The translations under genes were made by a program, and so were the position numbers. A DNA stretch of 64,000 bases from an uncultured Francisella sp. Lineage in GTDB: Bacteria; Pseudomonadota; Gammaproteobacteria; Thiomicrospirales; Thiomicrospiraceae. Positions 57,007-64,000 of the stretch are shown here, one piece after another; the stretch's first letter is position 1, and the number at the start of each line of letters is the position of its first letter. The stretch is from NCBI GenBank assembly GCA_964416645.1, contig CAYQEZ010000002.1:2444-66443 (forward strand). Direction: 5' to 3'. The notes under the pieces are model-generated. The model worked only from the letters and a program-made list of their open reading frames with translations, ran no database searches and had not been told where the DNA came from.

Positions 57007-57270
57007 ATGTCAAAATGGCCAAAAGAAGTACAGATGCCTTTATGCGATTATATGAATGAAGCGCAAGCAGAAGCCTTGTTGTCTTTGGTAAAAAAGCAGG
57101 GAGATCAAAAAGATGCGTTAAAAGCACAAATGGTCGGTATTGATGCTGATGGTGTGCGAGTCGTTGCTTACACCATGCATGGTGAAGAGCGATTGGTGGT
57201 GCCATTTAATCCGCCCTTAAGCGGTTATGAAGAAGCGCGAGAGCGTTTATTGGCTCTCGCAACACAGTGA
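57007..57270 (+). CDS. DUF2470-like small protein (tentative)
   Basis: 87 aa. The YMNEAQAEAL...MVGIDADG...VPFNPPL...EARERLLAL pattern resembles the DUF2470/HugZ C-terminal domain. Confidence 0.5.
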   Translation: MSKWPKEVQMPLCDYMNEAQAEALLSLVKKQGDQKDALKAQMVGIDADGVRVVAYTMHGEERLVVPFNPPLSGYEEARERLLALATQ

Positions 57271-57281
57271 CCTATGGTCTT

Positions 57282-57992
57282 TTAATGATGGCTAGGAAAT
57301 TGTAGTGCCACTTGTGGCAACATTTCGACAATCAGTTTTGCCGCATTGGCAGCGGCGAGTGGCAAGAATTGCTCAAAACTCATGGGTGATTCTTTGCCAG
57401 CAATATCGGACAAAGCACGCACGACAACAAAAGGCACTTCAAAACGATGACAAACTTGAGCGATGGCTGCTGCTTCCATTTCGACCGCGTCTAGGTTCGG
57501 GAAAGCTTCACGCACGACACGAATATGGTCATGATGGGTCATAAACTTATCACCCGATGCGACTTGACCAGAATGCGCCTTTAGCTCTAACTTGGCTAAT
57601 GCGTTGTGAGCAATATCGACCAAAGTTTCTGCTGCAGCGAAGCTGCTTGGCATTCCTGGTACTTGACCTAATGCATAGCCAAAGGCAGTCACATCTACAT
57701 CGTGGTGGACGACGTCAACCGAAACGATAATGTCGCCTACCTCCTGCGCCCCATTAAAGCCACCAGCAGAACCAGTATTGATGATGGCGCTAGGCTTAAA
57801 TTGATGGCAGAGCAGGCTAGTGGTTAAGGCAGCATTCACTTTGCCAATGCCCGACTGAGCCAATACTACTTTGACGTGATTGATAAAACCAACATAAAAC
57901 TCAACACCTGCAATTTTCTGGATTTTGCTGTCAGTCATAGCGGCTTTAAAGGCGTCGACTTCTTCAGCCATCGCACCAATGATACCAATCAT
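57282..57992 (-). CDS. mtnN: 5-prime-methylthioadenosine/S-adenosylhomocysteine nucleosidase
   Basis: MIGIIGAMAEEV, SGIGKVNAA, GSAGG, VEMEAAAIAQV. Confidence 0.92.
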   Translation of the reverse strand: MIGIIGAMAEEVDAFKAAMTDSKIQKIAGVEFYVGFINHVKVVLAQSGIGKVNAALTTSLLCHQFKPSAIINTGSAGGFNGAQEVGDIIVSVDVVHHDVDVTAFGYALGQVPGMPSSFAAAETLVDIAHNALAKLELKAHSGQVASGDKFMTHHDHIRVVREAFPNLDAVEMEAAAIAQVCHRFEVPFVVVRALSDIAGKESPMSFEQFLPLAAANAAKLIVEMLPQVALQFPSHH

Positions 57993-57994
57993 GC

Positions 57995-58510
57995 TTAATT
58001 ACCCAATGCTTTCAATTTTTCTTCAGACAGTTTCAAGTCTTCGTTACGATTAACACAGATACCAGCATCGAGAATGCCTTGAGCAATTTTCTGCGCATCT
58101 TCCAATGAATGCATGGTGCAAGTGCCGCATTGATAAATATTCAGTTCAGGAATCTCTTCCACGCGCTCGACTTTGAGTACATCCTGCATGGCTGCAGTCC
58201 AAGCCTTGCCAACAGTCGCTTCATCAGGACGTCCAATCAAGCTCATATAAAAGCCAGTACGACAACCCATGGGTGAAATGTCGATAATTTCGACGCCATT
58301 ACCATTCAGATGATCACGCATAAAGCCAGCAAACAAGTGCTCTAGTGTGTGAATGCCACATTCTGACAAAATGTCGATATTTGGACGGCAAAAGCGTAGG
58401 TCATACACCGTAATGGCATCACCATGCGGGCTGGTCATGGACTTAGCCAAGCGAACGGCTGGCGCATTCATAATGGTGTGATCAACGGTAAAGCTATCGA
58501 GTAAGGGCAT
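57995..58510 (-). CDS. luxS: S-ribosylhomocysteine lyase
   Basis: [17 protein letters not shown], the HTLEHL zinc motif, and GC.TG.Y. Confidence 0.95.
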   Translation of the reverse strand: MPLLDSFTVDHTIMNAPAVRLAKSMTSPHGDAITVYDLRFCRPNIDILSECGIHTLEHLFAGFMRDHLNGNGVEIIDISPMGCRTGFYMSLIGRPDEATVGKAWTAAMQDVLKVERVEEIPELNIYQCGTCTMHSLEDAQKIAQGILDAGICVNRNEDLKLSEEKLKALGN

Positions 58511-58892
58511 AAATGACTCCTGAAATAAGGTATGTCGATGAATTAAATGAGATTAGGTGTAATCAACTCAAGAAGCGAAGATAATGCTTCCGCTAAACTG
58601 CTTTTCCCGAGGGTTATGCAGTTTACCATAATTGTAGACGGTGGTTCAAAAGCGATCGTTAGCTAAGTGGTCAGCAATGCGTTCATTTTATGGGTTTCGT
58701 TGGCATAGCCATTATGCTCTACGGGTTTGCGAAAACGAAATGTATCAGCCTAAATACCCGCCTGACTGATGGAAGAATGTTAATGATAAGCTGCTTGGCA
58801 ATAGTTTTTGGTGTTGGTTGACCAAGTTACTAATTTGGGTGTTTTTGGTCATCATTAACAAAGTGTGTTGGGTCTCTGGTTATGAACTCTGA

Positions 58893-59138
58893 CCGAGCGT
58901 GGTGGAGTGTGGATTTAATCAAGGTTATTGGGGAACACTGGTAACGGTTTAGGCTTTGTGCAAATGGCTGGCGGGTGATGTCATGCCAACACAGGATAAG
59001 TTGCAAGCCCTAGCAGAGTGGTTGCAGATTGATCCCCATTGGTTACGCTTTGGCGAGGAGCGCTTCGGTTGGAGCGCTTCGGTTGGAGCGCAGACAAAAG
59101 ATCGCTTGGTTCAGCTAATGGGTACAACAAAATCATAA
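58893..59138 (+). pseudogene. Decayed XRE-family HTH regulator remnant
   Basis: ALCKWLAGDVMPTQDKLQALAEWLQIDPHWLRFGEE matches the C-terminal half of an HTH_XRE domain. The upstream in-frame GFNQGYWGTLVTV is interrupted by TAG at 58950. No intact N-terminus or start. Confidence 0.4.
59058..59091 (+). repeat. 14-nt tandem duplication (2.4 copies)
   Basis: GAGCGCTTCGGTTG GAGCGCTTCGGTTG GAGCGC, read directly from the sequence. Confidence 0.85.
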
Positions 59139-59223
59139 TTTAATATTCTAGCAGTTGTCGCTGGGGTCTGCTCGCTTGTAGAATGTGAAGATTATTTGAA
59201 TCATTCTTATCGAGGTTAGTGCT

Positions 59224-60447
59224 ATGCCAGTGGGTTTGTCGGATCAAATGCCTGAATTGTTTCCGATTGCGGGAATGCGGTTATCGAGTGTGCGTTCGGG
59301 TATTAAAAAACGTCCCGGCAACGACTTGGTGTTAATTGAACTGAGCGAAGGGTGTAGAACCGCTGCCGTATTCACTAAAAATGATTTTTGTGCTGCGCCC
59401 GTTACGCTGGCAAAAGCCCATTTACAGTCGCATCAACCTAAGTTGCTAATGATTAACAGTGGTAATGCGAATGCGGGAACGGGTCAGCCAGGGATGCAAG
59501 CCGCTAGCGATAGTTGTGCCATCGCAGCTCGAATGATGGGCTGTGCGCCTGAAGAAGTTCTCCCTTTTTCAACCGGTGTGATTGGTGAGTTGTTGCCCGT
59601 TGCGCCCTTTGAAACGGGTGTTCCTTTAGCGATGGCAGAGTTGTCTGCCACTGGCTGGTCAGCGGCGGCACGCGGTATTATGACCACCGATATTGTGCCT
59701 AAAGCGGTTAGCCGTAAATTGGACATTGATGGTCATGCTGTCACCATTACTGGCATTGCCAAGGGTTCGGGCATGATTCACCCGAATATGGCAACCATGC
59801 TGGGTTATGTGGCGACAGATGCCGCTGTCAGCTTGCCTTTGTTGCAAAAAATGCTCAGTGATGCCACTGATGATTCGTTTAACAGCATTACCGTCGATGG
59901 TGATACCTCAACCAATGATGCCTGTACGCTGACTGCAACGGGACGCAGTAGCTTGCCAGAAATTACCGATGTGCATTCGGTTGCTTATGCCCAATTGAGC
60001 GAAGCCGTAACGCAGGTATTAACCGAATTAGCCACCATGATTGTGCGCGACGGTGAGGGTGCGACTAAATTCATGAGTATTGTCGTTGAAGAGGCGGCGA
60101 CTAAAGCTGAAGCGAAGCAGGTGGGCTTTACCATTGCCCATTCGCCTTTGGTGAAAACAGCCTTTTTTGCTTCCGATCCCAACTGGGGACGTATTCTAGC
60201 GGCGGTGGGGCGTGCTGGATTGGCGAATTTGGATTTAGAAGCGATTCGCTTGTATTTAGGCAATGTCTGTATTGTCGAAAATGGTGGTCGCAGTCCAATG
60301 TATACCGAAGAGCAGGGCGCGGCGGTGATGAAAGAGGAGGAAATCACCATTCGTGTGAAGTTAGCGCGTGGCACAGAAAAAGCCACCATTTATACCTGTG
60401 ATTTTTCGTATGATTACGTGAAGATTAATGCGGAATACCGATCTTAA
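59224..60447 (+). CDS. argJ: Bifunctional ornithine acetyltransferase/N-acetylglutamate synthase
   Basis: ArgJ motifs (KK.G..DL, NSGNANA.TG, the autoprocessing site ATMLG, DYVKINAEYRS C-terminus). Confidence 0.95.
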   Translation: MPVGLSDQMPELFPIAGMRLSSVRSGIKKRPGNDLVLIELSEGCRTAAVFTKNDFCAAPVTLAKAHLQSHQPKLLMINSGNANAGTGQPGMQAASDSCAIAARMMGCAPEEVLPFSTGVIGELLPVAPFETGVPLAMAELSATGWSAAARGIMTTDIVPKAVSRKLDIDGHAVTITGIAKGSGMIHPNMATMLGYVATDAAVSLPLLQKMLSDATDDSFNSITVDGDTSTNDACTLTATGRSSLPEITDVHSVAYAQLSEAVTQVLTELATMIVRDGEGATKFMSIVVEEAATKAEAKQVGFTIAHSPLVKTAFFASDPNWGRILAAVGRAGLANLDLEAIRLYLGNVCIVENGGRSPMYTEEQGAAVMKEEEITIRVKLARGTEKATIYTCDFSYDYVKINAEYRS

Positions 60448-60564
60448 GTATGCCTAAATCGCCATTTTCTTGTCAGCTTCGGTTCACTGACCAGCAATGG
60501 ATCAGTTTTCGCCTTGCTTTCGCGATCTGGCGCTTTATTCATTGCTAAGGATATAGGAATTATT

Positions 60565-61521
60565 ATGGTTAATGTGGTTGTTGCGGTTGTCCGAGATGCC
60601 TTGGGTCGGGTGTTGCTGTCGCAACGTCAGGCGCATCAAGATTTTGCCCATTATTGGGAGTTTCCTGGTGGTAAGGTTGAGTTGGGTGAGACTGTTATGC
60701 AGGCGCTGCAACGCGAGTTGCGGGAGGAGCTGGCCATTGAGTGCGTTGAAGCAGAGCCGCTCATCACCATTCCTTGGCAGTATGAGCATAAGTCGGTTTG
60801 TTTGCACGCGTATAACATAACGGTGTGGCAAGGCGAGGCGATAGGCGTTGAAGGTCAGGCATTGCGTTGGTTCGAAGTCGCTGAGTTGTCTGCTTTGACC
60901 ATGCCAGCGGCAAATCGAGGCATTTTAGCCGCGATTCGGTTGCCATCTTGTTATGCCATTACTGGGGCTTTCAAAGATCTTGCGGAGTTAACTCAGGGCG
61001 TTAGCCATGCTTTAGCTCAGGGTGCAGGCGTGATTCAGTTGCGTTCGTTATGGCAGGGTGCAGATTATGTGCAAGCAGCTGAAAGCATTTTGCCGATGGT
61101 GAAAGCGGCTGGTGCTCAGTTATTGCTGAATGCTGGGCTTGATCAATGGCGTCTGTTGCCGGAGGTGGGATTGCATTTGTCTTTGCAACGGGCGGCGCAG
61201 TTTACGCAGCGTCCTGTACCCAGTTCAGTGCTGCTGAGTGTCAGTGTGCACAATCTAACGCAGTTGCAGCAGGCGCAAGCGATGGGTGCGGATTGTGTGT
61301 TGCTTTCGCCCGTATTGCCGACGCAAAGCCATCCTGATATGCCGGCTTTAGGCTGGCAACAAGCGGCTGAATGGGTTGCTCAGGCTACTATTCCCGTTTA
61401 TGCACTGGGTGGTGTATCTCCTTCACACTTAGTGCAAGCCAAGGCGTTGGGGTTTCAAGGAGTTGCCGCTATCGGAGCATTTTGGGACACCGCTAAAAAT
61501 ACCGCTTCGCTTGATTTTTAG
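60565..61521 (+). CDS. Nudix (MutT-like 8-oxo-dGTPase) fused to a ThiE/TenI-like domain
   Basis: Nudix box GGKVELGETVMQALQRELREELAI in the N-terminal ~130 aa. The C-terminal ~190 aa has a TMP-synthase/TenI-like barrel pattern (IQLR, ...SVH, SPV..T.SHP, ALGG). Confidence 0.82.
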   Translation: MVNVVVAVVRDALGRVLLSQRQAHQDFAHYWEFPGGKVELGETVMQALQRELREELAIECVEAEPLITIPWQYEHKSVCLHAYNITVWQGEAIGVEGQALRWFEVAELSALTMPAANRGILAAIRLPSCYAITGAFKDLAELTQGVSHALAQGAGVIQLRSLWQGADYVQAAESILPMVKAAGAQLLLNAGLDQWRLLPEVGLHLSLQRAAQFTQRPVPSSVLLSVSVHNLTQLQQAQAMGADCVLLSPVLPTQSHPDMPALGWQQAAEWVAQATIPVYALGGVSPSHLVQAKALGFQGVAAIGAFWDTAKNTASLDF

Positions 61522-61545
61522 CGTTCCCGAGCTTATTTAATTTCT

Positions 61546-61629
61546 GTAGGAAGGGAATCATTCAAGGGTGAGATGCTTTTAAAGTGCATCCCTTCCCTCA
61601 AACTCCCTTCCCATTAGGGTTTTTATAGG
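61546..61629 (-). repeat. Partial diverged copy D of the intergenic repeat family
   Basis: GAGATGCTTTTAAAGTGCATCCCTTCCCTCAAACTCCCTTCCCATTAGGGTTTTTATAGG aligns with the right-hand ~62 nt of copy A (TAGATGCTATTTTTAGCAACCCCTTCCTTCAGGCTTCCTACCCATTGGGTTATTAGATG). Confidence 0.5.
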
Positions 61630-61656
61630 TAAGCATTGTTATAAGTGAGAAAAGTT

Positions 61657-62556
61657 ATGTTGTCTGTATTTTCGGTGGTTGTGCGTTCTTCTCGTCCAGC
61701 ATTTTTATTACTCACGCCCGTTGTCTTGTTCTTAGCGGCGGCTTTAGCTTGGCAGCAAAGCAGCGACTCGCTCAGATGGGATTTGTTGCCTTGGCTGCTG
61801 GTGTCGGCTTTATGTGCAGCCATTGCTAGTAATTTGTTGAATGAATATTTTGATTTCAGTAGTGGTTTAGATCATCAGACTCAGGCTACGCCATTTTCGG
61901 GGGGCAGTAAAGCCTTAATTGAGGCACCACATCGTGCTGAATTGGTGAAGTGGGCTGGTTTGTTGTTTGTCTCTTTGTCGACTTGGTCGGGACTTTATTT
62001 GGTAGCACAGGTGGGTTGGCCATTGTTGCTACTGGGGTTATTGGGGGTTGGCTTAGTCATTACTTACACACCCATATTGAATCGTTCTGCTTGGTTATGT
62101 TTGTTAGCACCAGGACTAGGCTATGGCTTAGTGATGTTTGTGGGAGCTTACTGGGTTTTGCTGGGGCAGGTGAGTTGGCAAGGTGTGTGGCTGATGTTAT
62201 TGCCGTTGAGCTTGGTTTCTTCTCTCTTATTAATGAATCAGTTTCCAGATGCAGAGGCAGATGAACGGGTCGGTCGGCGTCATGCGGTTATCGCTTGGGG
62301 GCGTGAACGTGCTTATGCGGTATTGGCTGGCTTGCATGCCATCAGTTATCTGTTATTGTGGCTATTTGCATGGCAGTCAGGTTTTTCCTTGTTGATGTGG
62401 GCGTTGTTATGGATACCTGTTTCGCTTGGATTATTATGGCAGGGAAAGAGCATGATGCAGGGCAAAACAGTGTTGCCGGCAATGGCACTGAATGTCATGC
62501 TGGTATTAGGATTACCCATAACGGTTGCGTTTTTGTTAATCGCGTCGAAAACCTAA
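61657..62556 (+). CDS. UbiA-family prenyltransferase (MenA-like)
   Basis: ~9 TM helices, first Asp-rich motif NEYFDFSSGLD, second motif region NQFPDAEADERVGRRH. Start is ATG at 61657 or GTG at 61645. Confidence 0.8.
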   Translation: MLSVFSVVVRSSRPAFLLLTPVVLFLAAALAWQQSSDSLRWDLLPWLLVSALCAAIASNLLNEYFDFSSGLDHQTQATPFSGGSKALIEAPHRAELVKWAGLLFVSLSTWSGLYLVAQVGWPLLLLGLLGVGLVITYTPILNRSAWLCLLAPGLGYGLVMFVGAYWVLLGQVSWQGVWLMLLPLSLVSSLLLMNQFPDAEADERVGRRHAVIAWGRERAYAVLAGLHAISYLLLWLFAWQSGFSLLMWALLWIPVSLGLLWQGKSMMQGKTVLPAMALNVMLVLGLPITVAFLLIASKT

Positions 62557-62676
62557 GTGAATCCGCTTAATCTGCTGGGTTGCTAAAACACCAGTGTTGA
62601 GCTTCGCTTTCAGCTCATCGATTTTAATGGGTTTGGTGGTGAAGTCGTCCATACCACAGGCTAGGCATTTTTTGTG
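62536..62676 (-). pseudogene. C-terminal remnant of a response-regulator receiver domain
   Basis: The minus strand reads ..HKKCLACGMDDFTTKPIKIDELKAKLNTGV.., the alpha4-beta5-alpha5 end of a REC domain. Compare [19 protein letters not shown] in the kinase at 30802-32850. There is no upstream domain, and it overlaps the UbiA-family gene's 3-prime end. Confidence 0.45.
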
Positions 62677-62876
62677 ATAATAGAACTTTATGTGGATGAA
62701 TTGAAAATATCCTCACACTCTGGCTGTTTACGCTAGGCGTTATCATCTTGCAGTGCTTCTCCCCATGAGAGCTACTGCGTCAGGTTTTGCTGATCTAGTT
62801 GATGTTCGCTGAAGGGAACAGCTAATTGGATGAATTCGAGGGATTATAAGATCAGCAAAGCATGAGGCGAAATGAA

Positions 62877-63872
62877 TTACACCAGTCCCATTGCCGTTTT
62901 TACCTGTGTCAATGTTTGGCTGGCGCGCTCACGCGCTTTATCGGCTCCTTGTTTCATCACCCGCATGAGTTCAGTTTCATTGTCGCGTAAACGATGAAAC
63001 TCAGCTTGAATGGGCGTTAACAGCGCAACAATCGCTTCGCCTGTATCTGATTTTAGCTGGCCATAGCCTTTGCCATCATATTCGCTTTCCAATTCGCGGA
63101 TGGATTTGCCTGTTGCACCAGACAGCAGAGTCAGTAGGTTGCTAACACCTGGTTTAGTGTCGCGATCATAACGAATACTGGTATCGGTATCGGTGACGGC
63201 ACGTTTGACCTTTTTGAGAATGGTTTTAGGATCGTCTAATAATGCGATATAGTTGCCTGCATTTTCATCCGATTTGGACATTTTCTTTTCTGGTTCTAGC
63301 AAGCTCATTATTCGTCCACCAGCTTCAGTGCTGGGAATATAGGGCTCTGGCACGGTAAATAGTTGGCCATAGGCGTTGTTCATGCGAGTGGCTAAATCAC
63401 GCGCTAATTCTAAATGTTGTTTTTGGTCGGCACCAACGGGAACGGCTTTGGTTTGATAGAGTAGAATGTCAGCGGCCATGAGCACGGGGTAGGAGAATAA
63501 TCCCAAATTAATGTTGTCGGTATGCTTGGCGATTTTATCTTTATATTGTGTCATACGCTCTAACTCACCCATATAGGTGTGACAAGACAATAACCACATC
63601 AGTTCGCTGTGTTCAGGCACATCTGATTGAGCGAAAATAATGCTCTTGTCAGGGTCGATGCCGCAAGCCATATAGGCAGCCACGAAGTCTAGACTGCGCT
63701 TTTTCAGCTCAGCTGGCGCTTGACGAACGGTAATCGCATGTAGGTTAACCAATGAAAATAGGCAATCGAAATCTTCTTGCATGCGTAACCAGTTCTTAAC
63801 CGCTCCAAAATAGTGACCAATGTTGAGTTGTCCAGAGGGTTGAATACCAGAGAAGAGAATATCGCGTGCCAT
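62877..63872 (-). CDS. trpS: Tryptophan--tRNA ligase
   Basis: FSGIQPSG.L.IGHY (HIGH-type) and KMSKSD. Confidence 0.95.
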   Translation of the reverse strand: MARDILFSGIQPSGQLNIGHYFGAVKNWLRMQEDFDCLFSLVNLHAITVRQAPAELKKRSLDFVAAYMACGIDPDKSIIFAQSDVPEHSELMWLLSCHTYMGELERMTQYKDKIAKHTDNINLGLFSYPVLMAADILLYQTKAVPVGADQKQHLELARDLATRMNNAYGQLFTVPEPYIPSTEAGGRIMSLLEPEKKMSKSDENAGNYIALLDDPKTILKKVKRAVTDTDTSIRYDRDTKPGVSNLLTLLSGATGKSIRELESEYDGKGYGQLKSDTGEAIVALLTPIQAEFHRLRDNETELMRVMKQGADKARERASQTLTQVKTAMGLV

Positions 63873-64000
63873 GAAACTGTCCTAGTGTCTACTTGAAATT
63901 AGACGGCTATTTTAGCGCAGATAAGGGATTGTGTGCGTATTTGGGCTGTAAACTATTGGTGTTGAGTAAGGATGCTTTCTGTTAAAATACCAGCCAATAG

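Noticed and set aside
58511-58700. Possible SAH/SAM riboswitch or other leader upstream of luxS-pfs.
   Set aside because: I read the minus-strand leader and saw none of the conserved SAH or SAM riboswitch cores I know. Only a weak 5-bp hairpin is present. An Rfam scan would be needed for certainty.
58690-58821. 43-aa hydrophobic ORF (MGFVGIAIMLYGF...) that could be a small toxin next to the XRE remnant.
   Set aside because: No Shine-Dalgarno, no family resemblance, and it lies in a region that otherwise looks decayed.

Overview
Mostly core-genome window from a gammaproteobacterium. The taxon cannot be assigned by eye; a stand-alone phosphoribulokinase hints at a Calvin-cycle autotroph. It holds about 60 tightly packed protein genes: ntrC, parE-parC, trpGDC, speDE, bioA, a motA/motB-like trio, argS, a Fur-family/metal-uptake cluster, comM, rnt, argA, prk, gyrB, fabAB, ftsY, an M16 peptidase pair, rsmD-coaD, mrcA, rph-rdgB-hemW, pfs-luxS, argJ and trpS. 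There is also one tRNA-Leu(UAG) and several hairpin terminators. I saw no CRISPR array, integrase, transposase or recognisable defence gene, and no clearly novel multi-gene system. Items worth a second look: (1) the first 54 nt of comM are duplicated 2.6 kb upstream, bracketing an A/T-rich segment with an orphan hybrid histidine kinase, which looks like an integration or replacement scar at comM. (2) An unannotated ~140-170 bp intergenic repeat family has three full copies and two partial modules, with an internal hairpin kept by compensatory substitutions. (3) A translationally coupled MotA-like gene is followed by two MotB-like genes, one lacking the proton-carrying Asp. (4) A Fur-family (Zur-like by context), His-rich outer-membrane protein, ZnuA-like and ZnuB-like cluster has no ABC ATPase. 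(5) A fructosamine-kinase-family gene coupled to mrcA has both catalytic Asp positions substituted. (6) A degenerate EAL-HDOD gene is coupled to an aldehyde dehydrogenase. (7) Decayed regulator fragments (XRE-type HTH, receiver domain) sit in long non-coding gaps. All homology calls rest on motif recognition by eye and all alignments were done by hand; no database search was run.
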